Source of the DNA: Nannocystales bacterium
GTDB lineage: Bacteria; Myxococcota_A; Polyangia; Nannocystales; Nannocystaceae
Assembly: GCA_050633305.1 (NCBI GenBank)
Contig: JBOEGF010000036.1
Coordinates: forward strand, 1-64,000
Direction: 5' to 3'
Length of the DNA: 64,000 nt
In this document: piece by piece, positions 28,701 to 39,362 of the stretch
Position numbering within the stretch: the stretch's first letter is position 1
Layout of the letters: each line of letters begins with the position of its first letter
Translations under genes and position numbers: made by a program
Notes under the pieces: model-generated
What the model saw: only the letters and a program-made list of their open reading frames with translations
What the model was told of the DNA's origin: nothing
The model's database searches: none

Positions 28701-29801
28701 TTAGGGCAGCGCGTGCTGCTCGAAGAGGTCGAGCATGAGCTCGTTGGCGCGCACGGTGAGGGAGCTGGTTCCGGAGAGGCAGAACTCCTGGCCCGGCCAG
28801 CAGTGCCCGACGCCGTCGAGGGTGCACAGGGTGACGGTGGCATCGGCATCACACCCGTCCCAGGTCTGGCACGAGGCGTCGTCCATCTCCAAGGTGACGG
28901 AAGACTCGGGGTCGCAGCCGTTGCGGTCTGCCCAGCCCTGAAGCGACTCCTCCACGGGAGGGAAGCCGGTGAGGTTTCCGGGGTAGGGGACGACGGTGTC
29001 GGCGGTGCCGTGAAAGTGGATCACGGGAATCGGGCGGACGGGGTCGCAGTCCTCGGGCGGGAGGCCCAGCGGTCCTGCGACGGGACCGACCGCGGTGATG
29101 ATGTCGGCGGCTTCGCAGGCGAGTCGGTGGGACATGAACCCGCCGTTGGACATGCCGGTGGCGTAGACGCGGCTTCTGTCGATGCACAGGGTCGTGGCGA
29201 CTTCATCGAGCAGCGCCCGGACGAAGCCAACATCGTCCACCTCTCGCCCGGTGGCGACGCCGCAGCACGCTCCGCCGTTCCACGAGTTGGACACACCATT
29301 GGGGTAGACGGCGATGACCCCTCGCTCCTCGGCATCGACGTTGAGGTCGGAGAAGAAAGCCTGCTGCGCGGCGTTGGACCCGAACCCGTGAAAGTTGAAC
29401 ACTAAGGGCGTGGCTTCCGAGCCGTCGTAGCTGCTGGGGACGAAGAGGTTGTAGTTGCGAGTTCGGCCGTCGAACTCGAGTTGCAGCCCGATTTGCTCGC
29501 CGGGGCGAACGGTGGTGCCTGGACACGCTGCGGGGTCGCCGGTGCTGGAGGAGGACTCGCCGCCGACCGAGGTGTCGGAAGGTGTGGGGCCGGTGGATGT
29601 CTCCGCGCTGCTCGTGCCGCTCGCGGAGTCGGTGGTGCTCCCGGACGTGACGGTCGCAGGCGTGGTGGTGCTTGGCGCTTCGGTCGTGGTGCTGGTGCCG
29701 TCGGTGTCGGTCTCCGCGCTCCCGGGCCCATCGCTGTCCCCACAGCCGAGCACCGCCACGAGACTCCATCCGACGACCAGGTTCACACGGCTGCGACGCA
29801 T
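28701..29801 (-). CDS. PHB depolymerase/LpqC-family esterase lipoprotein
   Basis: Lipobox VLGC; PLVFNFHG, WNGGACC, VDDVGF, YATGMSNGG, FHGTAD and GHCWPG. Confidence 0.9.
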   Translation of the reverse strand: MRRSRVNLVVGWSLVAVLGCGDSDGPGSAETDTDGTSTTTEAPSTTTPATVTSGSTTDSASGTSSAETSTGPTPSDTSVGGESSSSTGDPAACPGTTVRPGEQIGLQLEFDGRTRNYNLFVPSSYDGSEATPLVFNFHGFGSNAAQQAFFSDLNVDAEERGVIAVYPNGVSNSWNGGACCGVATGREVDDVGFVRALLDEVATTLCIDRSRVYATGMSNGGFMSHRLACEAADIITAVGPVAGPLGLPPEDCDPVRPIPVIHFHGTADTVVPYPGNLTGFPPVEESLQGWADRNGCDPESSVTLEMDDASCQTWDGCDADATVTLCTLDGVGHCWPGQEFCLSGTSSLTVRANELMLDLFEQHALP

Positions 29802-29957
29802 CGCCAGAGGGTACCTCCGAAGTCCGCTCGGGATGCGGCGGGACGCACGCAGCGTCGAGGGCCGTGAGGCGGGCGGCTGTGGTGCTGCGTCGCACGTTCG
29901 GTTCGGGGGCTTGCAACGTGTCCGGGTCCTTGGTGAATCGTGAGAATCTCTCGCGAC

Positions 29958-30797
29958 ATGGAACGGTCCGAGATCGAGGCGAACGTCCGCGCAGTCTTCG
30001 ACACGGTGGCGGCGGGGTACGACCACCCGGGAAGCTACTGGTTCGACCAAACGGCGCAGGCGATCGCGACGGCGGCGGGGCTTGGGGATGGAGACGAGGC
30101 GCTCGACGTGGCGACGGGGACCGGCAAGGTGGCGTTGGCGCTCGCGGGGTCGGCTTCGGGGGCCCGAGTCGTGGGGGCGGACTTGTCGGAGGGCATGCTG
30201 GGCGAGGCCCGTCGCAAGGCGGACGCGGTTGGCCTGCGCAACACGGAGTTCGTGCAGTCGTCCTTCGAGGGGTTGGCATTCGGCGAGCGGTTCGACGTGG
30301 TGACGTGCAGCTTCGGGATCTTCTTCGTGCCCGAGATGGTCGACACGCTGAAGCGGTTTGCCGCGCAAGCAAAGTCGGGAGGGCGAGTCATCCTCTCCAC
30401 GTTTGCGGTGGGTTCGTTCTCGCCGTTGAGCGACGCGTTTGTCCGCCTCTATGAAGAGTTCGGCTTCGAGGTGGGACCGCGGCCGTGGTTGCGTGTGGGG
30501 TCCCCCGAGCTCCTTGGCGGGCTGTACGACGAGGCGGGACTGCCCGGCGCGGAGGTGGTGGAGCACGACTTTGGCTTCGAACTCCGCGACGAGAATGTCT
30601 GGTGGGACATCGTGTTCAACGCTGGCTATCGGGGCATGCTCGAACAGCTCAGCGAAGAACAGGCACCCCGGTTCAAGGAGCGGCACCTGTCCGAGGTCCG
30701 CGACTTGCTCGCACAGGACGGCGGGTCCCGGCTCGACGTTCGAGTTCTGATTGGCCAGGCCGCAAAAACCGGGTCGGGCCAGTCGCTCTCATCGTGA
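29958..30797 (+). CDS. Class I SAM-dependent methyltransferase (UbiE-like)
   Basis: LDVATGTG, GADLSEGML and FDVVTCSFGIFF. Confidence 0.9.
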   Translation: MERSEIEANVRAVFDTVAAGYDHPGSYWFDQTAQAIATAAGLGDGDEALDVATGTGKVALALAGSASGARVVGADLSEGMLGEARRKADAVGLRNTEFVQSSFEGLAFGERFDVVTCSFGIFFVPEMVDTLKRFAAQAKSGGRVILSTFAVGSFSPLSDAFVRLYEEFGFEVGPRPWLRVGSPELLGGLYDEAGLPGAEVVEHDFGFELRDENVWWDIVFNAGYRGMLEQLSEEQAPRFKERHLSEVRDLLAQDGGSRLDVRVLIGQAAKTGSGQSLSS

Positions 30798-30972
30798 CCC
30801 GGGGGGCAGCGACGAGCACGGTGCTCGAGCGCTCCAAGCCTCGCAGGTGCAGGCGAGGGCGGTGTATGTGGTGACCGCGCAGGCCGCGGACCCCGCGGCG
30901 GATCGGGTTTCGTGTACGAATTGATGCTCCGCTGAGTTTCAACGTCCAAGCTCAGCAGAGCCGTCCGAGAAC

Positions 30973-32154
30973 ATGCGCCGAGCCAACCCAACGTCCGCCT
31001 CCTCGGGGTGGGAATGGAACGCCCAGGGTCCGCCCTCGTCCCAGCCGCCTTCGCAGCGGCCCGGTCCCCCTCGCGGTGGATCGACGGAGGCGGTGTTGGC
31101 AGGCGTCGTGTTTGTGGTCGTGGCGGCGGTGGCGGTGGCGGCGTACTTCGTGCTGAGCTCCGAGGACAACGACCCGGACGCGAGTGTTTCGGAGGTCGAG
31201 GACAGCTCTCCGGCTCCAGCCGCCCCGCCGAAGCCAGCCGAGCCGGATGCAGACGCCACGCCGAAGACCCAACGCGCCGTCCCGTCGTTCGACACGATCG
31301 CGTGGCACACCACGGACCCGACCACGCTCCAAGACCTCGTCCGGGTGTGGTCGGTGCCGCGTGATGTGCTGACCAAGCTCAACCCCGAGTTGCCTCTGTC
31401 GAAGTCGCTCGAGGTTGGGACTCCGGTTGTTGTGTACTCGCGGAGTCTGGGCGCCAGCGCATCGATCGGCCCGCCCAATGACGGGCGGCTGATCTGGGGC
31501 GTTCCGTTGCCTGAAGACGAGGCGTGGACGCTCCCCGAAGATCGGACTCGGGCGTTTGCGACTACAGAGACGATCGCTTCGGTGGTCGGAGGGTTCCATG
31601 CGTACGCCGACCGGTTCCCCGATGCGGCGCCGATCGTCGTGGGGGACCTTTCCGCCCGGCGCGGTGGGAGAATCTACGGCCACCAGTCCCACCAAAGCGG
31701 CTTGGACATCGACATCCGTCTCGTCAAGGACAGCACGGGAGAGGGATTCGACGCGGAGCGCAACTGGTTCCTCGCCAAAGCGTTGATCGACGGCAGTGAG
31801 GTGCGGGCGATCTTCCTCAACCGGACGGAACAGGCGTGGCTGCGTGCAGCGGCGGAGGCCGATGTGGGTGCAGCTTCCGCGCAGGAGTACTTCGCGCTGA
31901 TTCGCCACGAGCCAGGCCATACGATTCACATGCATGTCCGCTTCGTGTGCGCCAAGGAGGACAAACGCTGCGTTGGGTACTCGTTGCCGGACACCGACGA
32001 GAAGGACCCGAAGAAGGCGAGCAAGCTCCCCGGCGGGGCGGGCGGGACGTCTCGCGGGGGTGCATCGAAGCGGCCGCGCCTCCTGCCCAAGGGCGGTGGC
32101 AAGACCGCGGGCAAGAAGAAAAAACGAAAAAAGAAGAAGGCCAAGAAGAAGTAG
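30973..32154 (+). CDS. mepA: Penicillin-insensitive murein endopeptidase (MepA family), membrane-anchored, Lys-rich tail
   Basis: VGDLSARRGG, GHQSHQSGLDIDI and HEPGHTIHMHVRF; N-terminal TM helix. Confidence 0.8.
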   Translation: MRRANPTSASSGWEWNAQGPPSSQPPSQRPGPPRGGSTEAVLAGVVFVVVAAVAVAAYFVLSSEDNDPDASVSEVEDSSPAPAAPPKPAEPDADATPKTQRAVPSFDTIAWHTTDPTTLQDLVRVWSVPRDVLTKLNPELPLSKSLEVGTPVVVYSRSLGASASIGPPNDGRLIWGVPLPEDEAWTLPEDRTRAFATTETIASVVGGFHAYADRFPDAAPIVVGDLSARRGGRIYGHQSHQSGLDIDIRLVKDSTGEGFDAERNWFLAKALIDGSEVRAIFLNRTEQAWLRAAAEADVGAASAQEYFALIRHEPGHTIHMHVRFVCAKEDKRCVGYSLPDTDEKDPKKASKLPGGAGGTSRGGASKRPRLLPKGGGKTAGKKKKRKKKKAKKK

Positions 32155-32318
32155 CCGCAGCGGGATCCGAGGAGACCGGGCTGAGTCTCGCGGATCGGGG
32201 GGCGAACCAGCGGCGGACAGCGAATGCGACAGGGGTGTCACATTTGGCGCGTACGAAACATGCAGTCCGGCGGGTCTTCCCGATACGGCGCGGGCTCCCG
32301 TGGTACCTCCTGTGACAG

Positions 32319-34121
32319 ATGGCATGGGTCCGAGTCCAGAGGTCTGCAGCGGGGGTCATGGGCGCGGTCTTGCTGGGGTGCGCTCCAGAGGCCGGGCTTT
32401 CTTCGGTGGGAACGACGGGGGCGGCTTCGACGGGGGCGGATGCGTCGACGAGCACCGGGGAAGCAACGACGGGCACGGCGGGTGCAGACGGCTCGTCGTC
32501 GTCCTCGAGCACAGGCGCCGCATCGCTGTGTGGTGATGGGGTGCTCGATGAGGGGGAGGCGTGCGACGACGGGTCCGCCAACGCGCAGAACGCCGCGTGC
32601 CTGCTCGATTGCACCGTCGCATCGTGCGGCGATGGAAACGTGCAGGAGGGGGTTGAGGCTTGTGACGATGGAAACGACGACGACACCGACGCGTGCACCT
32701 CGGTGTGCGAGGCCGCGGCGTGCGGCGATGGATCGGTGCAAGGCGATGAAGAGTGCGACGACGGGCGGGACAACGGCGACTCCCGAGCTTGCAAGTCGGA
32801 CTGCACCGCCGCGGTGTGCGGCGACGGCCTCATCTTGGCGGGCGAAGAGCAGTGCGACGACGCCAACGACGACAACAACGATGGGTGCAGCGAGCTGTGT
32901 CTGTTCACAGATTGTGGGGATGGGTTCTGGAACCCGGAGATCAACGAGGTCTGTGACGATGGTCCGGGCACGCCTGGCGACGTGTGCAACGACGACTGCC
33001 TCACATGGGGGCAGTGGACCGAGACCTTCAACGGGAGTGGAGACTCCAACGACCTGATCTATGGGGTGGCATTCGACAGCGCTGGCAACCCCGTGGTCGC
33101 AGGCGTGACGCTGCCCGACAACGGCAACGGTGACGACATCTGGGTCCGCAAGTACGACGCAACGGGGGCGGAGTCCTGGACGCGGACGTTTCATGGCGTG
33201 ACCTCAGACCTGGGTTATGGGGTCGCGGTCGCGCCGAACGACGACGTGTTCGTGGTTGGTTCGGTCTTCACGCTGACCGACAACCGGGATATCTGGGTGC
33301 GGCGATACGCGTCCGATGGCACGCCCGGCTTCACGCGGACGCACAACGGGTCCGACGACGAGGCGGACGAGGGCCGCGGAATTGCCATCGATGCGGCGGG
33401 CAACCTCGGCGTCGTCGGCTACGTCACCCAATCCTCGGACACGGAGATCTTCGTCCGCAAGTACACGCCCGGGGGCGCAACGTTGTGGACCGTGGTCGAG
33501 TCGGGTCCGGCGGGCGGGGACGATGAGGGCCACGGGGTCGCGTTCGATGCCGCGGGCAACTTGGTCGCGACCGGGTTCGTCTCGACCGGTGGGGGCGCGG
33601 AAGACATCTGGGTTGCCAAGTACAACGCGTCGGGGACGGAACTGTGGGCTCGGACGCATGCGGGCTCGGGCGGGACCAACGACGCTGGGGAAGGGGTCGC
33701 GTTCGATGGCGGTGGCAATGTCGTGGTCGCAGGCTTTGAGGCCGTGGCCGGGGAGAGCGACAACGCCTGGATTCGCAAGTACGACCCGGACGGCACCGAG
33801 CTGTGGACGCAGACCTTCAATGGCCCCAGTGGCGGCCGAGATCGTGCACAGGCTGTCACGGTCGCGGCCGCCGACGAAATCGTCGTCGCGGGGTCGACGT
33901 TCGAGGACTCCCAGTCCGACAACATCTGGCTCCGCCGTTACGACGCGGACGGCAACGAGGTCTACCCGTGGGCGACCGAGTACAACTCTCCGGGGTTCCT
34001 CTCCGATGTCGCGCACGGGGTGGCGGTGGACGGCGATGGCAACGTCGCCGTGGGTGGATTCGAGACCCGTTCCGAGAACGGTGAGGCCCGGAACACCTGG
34101 TTGCGGTACGTGCTCCCATGA
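32319..34121 (+). CDS. Lipoprotein with Myxococcus Cys-rich repeats (DUF4215-like) and SBBP-type beta-propeller
   Basis: Repeated CGDG..EACDDGN units followed by GVAFDAAGN..DIWVRKYD repeats. Start may be 32358. Confidence 0.88.
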   Translation: MAWVRVQRSAAGVMGAVLLGCAPEAGLSSVGTTGAASTGADASTSTGEATTGTAGADGSSSSSSTGAASLCGDGVLDEGEACDDGSANAQNAACLLDCTVASCGDGNVQEGVEACDDGNDDDTDACTSVCEAAACGDGSVQGDEECDDGRDNGDSRACKSDCTAAVCGDGLILAGEEQCDDANDDNNDGCSELCLFTDCGDGFWNPEINEVCDDGPGTPGDVCNDDCLTWGQWTETFNGSGDSNDLIYGVAFDSAGNPVVAGVTLPDNGNGDDIWVRKYDATGAESWTRTFHGVTSDLGYGVAVAPNDDVFVVGSVFTLTDNRDIWVRRYASDGTPGFTRTHNGSDDEADEGRGIAIDAAGNLGVVGYVTQSSDTEIFVRKYTPGGATLWTVVESGPAGGDDEGHGVAFDAAGNLVATGFVSTGGGAEDIWVAKYNASGTELWARTHAGSGGTNDAGEGVAFDGGGNVVVAGFEAVAGESDNAWIRKYDPDGTELWTQTFNGPSGGRDRAQAVTVAAADEIVVAGSTFEDSQSDNIWLRRYDADGNEVYPWATEYNSPGFLSDVAHGVAVDGDGNVAVGGFETRSENGEARNTWLRYVLP

Positions 34122-34139
34122 ACACGTCTCCGGTCCACC

Positions 34140-34673
34140 GTGGGGAGTGCCCCCGCGCTCCTGAGGAGTTCGTCGGTGGCGCGTCTTCCCCGTGAAGCAC
34201 TCTCCCGCAACGGTGGGTGGCTGGTTCTCGTGCCGCTTGGCATCAGCCTGGCTCTGTGGAGCGCGCTGCCGCCGGCCTACGCGCCCGAAAACTTCGGCGC
34301 GGGCATCCCCACCTGGTTGAGCTTGTCGGAGAACGTGTTTCGCGTACTGGTGTTCGCGACGCCAGGGGCGCTTCTCGTCGGGGCATCGAGTCGGGTGCAG
34401 CGCCTCGGCTGGGGGCTGTACTCGATCGGCCTGGCCCTGTACCTGGCCAGCTACGTTCTGCTGGCGATTTGGCCCGACGGGGCGTGGGCGGGCAGCGCCC
34501 TTGGGTTCACGGCGCCGGCGTGGACCCCGGCGCTGTGGCTCATCGGTGTCGCGTTGATCTGCCAGGACTCCTGGGTGAACGCACGGTGGATCTGGTGGCT
34601 GTACCTCGGTCCCGTCGCCGCGTTCCTTGGGCTGCATGTGGGCCACGCGGCGCTCGTGTGGTCGGGGCTCTAG
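34140..34673 (+). CDS. Hypothetical membrane protein
   Basis: About five hydrophobic segments. Confidence 0.7.
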   Translation: MGSAPALLRSSSVARLPREALSRNGGWLVLVPLGISLALWSALPPAYAPENFGAGIPTWLSLSENVFRVLVFATPGALLVGASSRVQRLGWGLYSIGLALYLASYVLLAIWPDGAWAGSALGFTAPAWTPALWLIGVALICQDSWVNARWIWWLYLGPVAAFLGLHVGHAALVWSGL

Positions 34674-34726
34674 CAGACGCATGGGGTGCTCGCGGTCTGG
34701 GCGCAACTTCGGCACACTCGAAGTCG

Positions 34727-35371
34727 ATGACGTCGACACAGCCGCCGCTGGACCGCGATGCGCTCGCGGAGCTGACCGAGTCGACCCTCGGGCACTACGA
34801 GGATCGGGCCGATGCGTTCTGGGAAGGCACCCGGGACCATGACGTGAGCCAGAATCGCGACGCGCTGCTCAGACATTTGCGAACCGAGGGCCCCGCACGG
34901 ATTCTCGACTTCGGCTGCGGTCCCGGCCGCGACCTCATGGCGTTCGCAGCCGCGGGACACGATCCCGTCGGACTGGACGGCGCGGCGCGCTTCTGCGAGA
35001 TGGCTCGGCGCCACTCTGGCTGCGAGGTGCTGCACCAAGATTTCCTGCAGCTCTCGCTGCCGGACGGCGGGTTCGACGGGGTGTTCGCCAACGCGTCGCT
35101 GTTTCATGTGCCCGCGCAGGAGCTGCCCCGGGTCCTCTCACAGTTGTGGGCGACGCTGCGGCCCGACGGCGTGCTGTTCGCCTCCAACCCGCGTGGGGAC
35201 AACCGAGAGGGGTTCAATGGGGCTCGCTACGGCAGCTACCACGATCATTCGCGATGGCAGGACTTGGTGACAGCCTGCGGCTTTGTCGAACTCGAGCACT
35301 ACTTCCGCCCGCCGGGTCGTCCGCGTGCTGAGCAGCCGTGGCTCGCCACCGTGTACCGCAAGCCCTGCTAG
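34727..35371 (+). CDS. Class I SAM-dependent methyltransferase
   Basis: FWEGTRDHDVSQN, ILDFGCGPGRD and FDGVFANASLFHVP. Confidence 0.9.
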   Translation: MTSTQPPLDRDALAELTESTLGHYEDRADAFWEGTRDHDVSQNRDALLRHLRTEGPARILDFGCGPGRDLMAFAAAGHDPVGLDGAARFCEMARRHSGCEVLHQDFLQLSLPDGGFDGVFANASLFHVPAQELPRVLSQLWATLRPDGVLFASNPRGDNREGFNGARYGSYHDHSRWQDLVTACGFVELEHYFRPPGRPRAEQPWLATVYRKPC

Positions 35372-36009
35372 GCCGGGGGCGGGAAGAAGACGGGCTCGTC
35401 GCCGGGCTGCCATGGAGGCGACTTGTGCATGCAGCGAGCGAACAGCGCAGAGGCGCACCATGCTTCCAGCCAGCGGCGGGTGCTGGGGAAGGGAGCCTGC
35501 TGCCACTGGGCCCTGTCGACACCCGCGAACTGTCGGACGAACGGGAAGAGGGCCGCGTCGACGAGGCGCGGGGCGTCGCCCATTAGGTACCTCGCGTGGG
35601 TCAGACGGGCTTCGAGCTTGGCAATGTACGCGGAGGCGCGGTCTCGCTCCTGGCGAGGGTCGATGGAGTCGTCCCGCGACGCGTACTTGTAGCGATCGAG
35701 GTGGTGTTTGAACGGGCCGTCGTTGTCTCGCAACAATACGCGCGTCTCGTCCGGCGGGCTGTCGTTCCACGAGTCGGGGTCGCGGCACGCCAGCGCCCAC
35801 TGCATGACGTCGATGCTCTCGTCGAGGACGCGGTCGGGCAGGACCAGGACCGGCACGGTTCCCTTGGGCGATGCCTCGAGCATGGCCGCAGGCTTGTCTC
35901 GCAGAAGGATCTCTCGGAGCTCGCAACGGACGTTGGCCACGGCGAGCGCCAAGCGGGCCCGCATCGCGTACGGGCACCGACGGAAGCTGTACAGAATCGG
36001 AGTCGTCAT
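35368..36009 (-). CDS. Glutathione S-transferase
   Basis: LYSFRRCPYAMRARLAL, SPKGTVPVL and FPFVRQFA. Confidence 0.93.
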   Translation of the reverse strand: MTTPILYSFRRCPYAMRARLALAVANVRCELREILLRDKPAAMLEASPKGTVPVLVLPDRVLDESIDVMQWALACRDPDSWNDSPPDETRVLLRDNDGPFKHHLDRYKYASRDDSIDPRQERDRASAYIAKLEARLTHARYLMGDAPRLVDAALFPFVRQFAGVDRAQWQQAPFPSTRRWLEAWCASALFARCMHKSPPWQPGDEPVFFPPPA

Positions 36010-36036
36010 GCTCGCGTGGGAACCCGCTGGGCGTGG

Positions 36037-36492
36037 TCACTCGGGAATGTGTGTGCCATCGGGGCTGAAGTTGACCTCGCGCAGCATCAAGACCTGGCTG
36101 TCGCGAAAGCGGCTGACCTTCACCCGCACACGCGGAGCGCTCGCGCCGTCGACCGGCTTGACGACGACTCGGTGGGACTGGGGCTGGCGGGGCGGGACAA
36201 AGCCTGACCATTGGGCGACCCCGTCGACCACGAACATCTCGTCGACCGCGACGTCCAGCGCGAGCTTGTCCATCTCCTCGGTCCCGACGGCCACGAGCCG
36301 GAAGCTCAGTTCGGATTCGTTGCCGGGTCGGTCGAGCAGCGTCATCTCGACGTTGACGGTTCCGCTCTCGTCCGACGCTGTCCCGCTGCCGAGGTCGAGT
36401 GGCGAGGTGGACGGCTTGTCGCACCCACTCGCCAGGGTGAGCACCGCAAGCGCCAGCGCGGCGAACCGGGGAATGCGATGGGGCAGCAGCAC
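36037..36492 (-). CDS. Hypothetical lipoprotein
   Basis: FAALALAVLTLASGC lipobox; start GTG ~36492. Confidence 0.6.
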   Translation of the reverse strand: MLLPHRIPRFAALALAVLTLASGCDKPSTSPLDLGSGTASDESGTVNVEMTLLDRPGNESELSFRLVAVGTEEMDKLALDVAVDEMFVVDGVAQWSGFVPPRQPQSHRVVVKPVDGASAPRVRVKVSRFRDSQVLMLREVNFSPDGTHIPE

Positions 36493-36557
36493 GTCGGCGA
36501 GTCTACCGTTTGTCGGGGAGGTTGGCTCTGCCCTGCCGAGCCAGCCGCCGCGCGACG

Positions 36558-37079
36558 CTATGGACCCGGTGGCCCCGCACGGACCACGGTGTCGAAGTAC
36601 GGGTTGTCGTGACCGTTGATTCGCAAGACCGATCGCAGCGGCACGTGCGTCGCAGGCTGACCGAGGTATTCGACGTCGACCATTCCTCCGGGCAGCAGCG
36701 TTGTCCGTGCCGCGGGCCAAAGGCCGAAGGTGACGTGTTCCACGATGGCCCCCTGCCGACCCACAGTCCTCGCGAGAGGTCCGTACAGCCGGGTCGTTTT
36801 GCGCAGGTCCTCCGCCGCGAGAAGTCCTGCTCGGGTTCGGCGCGCATCCACGGCGAAGAGCCACAGGGGCGCGCCCAACAGCGTGACCACAAACAGGCCG
36901 AGCGCGGCCTTGCCCGGTTGCGAGAAGTCGGTGGGCGTGGAGAGCAGGAATGCGGCCGTGGCAAGGTGGGTTGCGATGGCCAGGGCGATGCTGCGACGGA
37001 CCGCGAGTCGTGTTCGCTCCGCCCGTGTTCGGATTCGCCGCAGGTCGTGGTCGCGCAGTGGCTGCTCGGTTTGCGGCAT
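36558..37079 (-). CDS. Hypothetical membrane protein (2 TM)
   Basis: MPQTEQPL... with two hydrophobic helices. Confidence 0.55.
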   Translation of the reverse strand: MPQTEQPLRDHDLRRIRTRAERTRLAVRRSIALAIATHLATAAFLLSTPTDFSQPGKAALGLFVVTLLGAPLWLFAVDARRTRAGLLAAEDLRKTTRLYGPLARTVGRQGAIVEHVTFGLWPAARTTLLPGGMVDVEYLGQPATHVPLRSVLRINGHDNPYFDTVVRAGPPGP

Positions 37080-37175
37080 CGGCCCGCGGTTAGAATAGGC
37101 CGTCTTGGCCCTGCGGGGACACGCTCCGACGCGGACGGCCGCGACAGGGCGGGAGCGGTGCTTTAGTCTGGGTCT

Positions 37176-37697
37176 GTGACCGAGGAGAAGACCGCGAGTC
37201 CGAGGTTCCGCGTGGGACGACTCGACCATGTGCACATTCGTGTCCCTGACCGGGCCAAAGCGGCCGCGTGGTACGCCGAGCACCTCGGTTTCGAGCCCGT
37301 CGAACGCTTCGACTTCTGGGCCACTGGGTTCGAAGGGGGACCCCTGCAGATCACTGCGGATGGTGGCAAGACGATGCTTGCGCTGTTCGAGGCGTCGCAG
37401 CGGCACCCGATGATCAGCCAGGAGACGGGGGTCGCCTTCAGCGTCGACGCGGAGATGTTCATGGTGTTCACCCGCGCGCTGCCTGGGGGCATCCGCGGAG
37501 CGTCAGGCGAACCGCTGGCCCCCGATGAGGTCATCGACTTCGATCTTTGTTGGGCGTTCGACTTCGCCGACCCGTGGGGCAACCGCTATGAACTCAACTG
37601 CTACGACTACGACCGGATCGCGACCGAGTTGATCGCCGCGGACGGCATCAGCCCGGTCCGGTACTGGCCACGCGGGCTGTACGAAGCGCAGCGCTGA
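37176..37697 (+). CDS. VOC/glyoxalase family protein
   Basis: LDHVHIRVPD...AAAWYAEHLGF and FADPWGNRYEL. Confidence 0.88.
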   Translation: MTEEKTASPRFRVGRLDHVHIRVPDRAKAAAWYAEHLGFEPVERFDFWATGFEGGPLQITADGGKTMLALFEASQRHPMISQETGVAFSVDAEMFMVFTRALPGGIRGASGEPLAPDEVIDFDLCWAFDFADPWGNRYELNCYDYDRIATELIAADGISPVRYWPRGLYEAQR

Positions 37698-37718
37698 CTC
37701 GGCTGCTCTGTGGGGTCG

Positions 37719-38429
37719 CTACCGTGTGTGGGGGAGGCGGTCCTGTTGGAGTCTCCACATGATCTTGGCCATCCGTTTCGGCGGAGGGCCGTCGGTGATG
37801 ATCAGCAGGCCCATGCGGCGTCCATCCTTGCGCCGGACTTCACACTGCAACAGCAGTTCGAGCGAGCCCAAGGCGATACGCAACGAGAGGTGGGCGCCGA
37901 CGGAGACCCGTTGGGCACGCAAGGCGTCCAACTCGACGAGGATTCCCGTGAGGCTGATGTCGATGGGGACGACGTTTCCGCGGACGCCATCGCCCTGGAC
38001 GACCGCAGCGACGAGCGTGTCGGGTGGCACGGGAACCCGAACCGCAGAGCGTCGGGTCGCTGCGGTGAGTTGCTCGGGAAGCGCGAGGGTCGCGAGCGTC
38101 TCCCCTTCGGGTGTCTTGTCGACTCCGATGACTTCCGAGGCGAACCCCTTCGTTCCACCGCCTGAGGGAAACGTCACCGCCGCGCTGCTTCCAAGCAGCG
38201 TGCCATCGGGTGGGTTCGGGAGCTCGACGACCACGCCGTCGCTGGAGGCCGAACGAAAACGACCGGTACACGACAGGGACATGTGGGCTGCCATCAACGC
38301 GACGGGTGTCTTCGAGAGGCAGGCGACCTGCAGGACGGGTAACACCACGGACCGGAGGGCGTCGTCGGGCCCAGGGGTCGCGGCGGGGGAGGGGGCGTCC
38401 TTCTCGGGTGTGCCTTCTTCGGCGCTCAT
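37719..38429 (-). CDS. PilZ domain protein
   Basis: RRSAVR (RxxxR) and DISLTG (DxSxxG) c-di-GMP motifs. Confidence 0.8.
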   Translation of the reverse strand: MSAEEGTPEKDAPSPAATPGPDDALRSVVLPVLQVACLSKTPVALMAAHMSLSCTGRFRSASSDGVVVELPNPPDGTLLGSSAAVTFPSGGGTKGFASEVIGVDKTPEGETLATLALPEQLTAATRRSAVRVPVPPDTLVAAVVQGDGVRGNVVPIDISLTGILVELDALRAQRVSVGAHLSLRIALGSLELLLQCEVRRKDGRRMGLLIITDGPPPKRMAKIMWRLQQDRLPHTR

Positions 38430-38604
38430 ACGCTTGGGTGCTCCAGCGTATCGCGAACGCGGGGGCCCTGCGTTGACGTTCTCTTTCCAACGTCCGGACC
38501 CGGAGCGGAACCGCACCATGCGGCCCAGATCTCGAGCGGGATGGGACCGGATGCAGCTCCTGCACAAAGCGCCCCATCTCCGGTCCATGTCGCTAAGGTC
38601 AGGC

Positions 38605-39237
38605 ATGGCTTCGCCCCTGCGATCCCCAACGGTTGTGTTGAGAACGCCCTTTCACCTTGCCGTGTCGCTCTTGGCGTGCGCATGCGCCACAGCCAAGCCC
38701 GCCGCGCCCCCTCGGCACGTCGCCCACGGTCACGCCATCGCCACGATCGAGCGGGACGAAGGGGAGCCGGAGATGATGCTCGAGCGCGTTGAGGACGAAG
38801 ACACACACTGGGTCGAGCTGCCGCACTTCGGCGAGTGCCCCTACGAGGACGGTGAGGTCCCGCCGTACACGCCCGTCGACGACTCGGACATCCCCAGTCT
38901 GGATGCCAAACGCACCCGCCTGACCAACATGGACGCTGGAGAGGCCACCATCCACAACGAGGCGCTGCTCCAGCATCTCGATCGCGCCACCGCGGAGGTG
39001 CTGGCATGTGTGAGCGTGTCCGCGTGTTACGACGACCGGGCGCTGGAGCCGGGCTCGATCGAGCTGAGCTTCGAGGTGGCACCGGATGGTCAGGTGCGGG
39101 GCGTGAATGTCGAGCCCACCGCTGGGTTGGATCACACGGGGATCCGTCCTTGCGCGCGTCGAGCGATCTGGGACACGACGTTCCCGGCGTTCGACGGCGC
39201 GGACATGGTGGTCAGCTACAGCCTCGATATCGACTGA
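38605..39237 (+). CDS. Lipoprotein with AgmX/PglI (TonB-C-like) C-terminal domain
   Basis: LLACAC lipobox; GSIELSFEVAPDGQV...C...FPAF..VVSY. Confidence 0.7.
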   Translation: MASPLRSPTVVLRTPFHLAVSLLACACATAKPAAPPRHVAHGHAIATIERDEGEPEMMLERVEDEDTHWVELPHFGECPYEDGEVPPYTPVDDSDIPSLDAKRTRLTNMDAGEATIHNEALLQHLDRATAEVLACVSVSACYDDRALEPGSIELSFEVAPDGQVRGVNVEPTAGLDHTGIRPCARRAIWDTTFPAFDGADMVVSYSLDID

Positions 39238-39362
39238 GGACCTCCAAAGCGCTGTTCTTGGGGGTCCTCGGCCCCTTGGCGCTCGCCCTTGGCCAATCGT
39301 CTCTCGTCGACGACACTGTCGGCGCGTCCAGGGTCCAGGCGACCCAGAGCGCCCAAGAAGTC

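Noticed and set aside
29958..35371. The two SAM methyltransferases as the missing DISARM methylase
   Set aside because: They have small-molecule MTase signatures, lack NPPY/DPPY or PC motifs, and lie outside the island.
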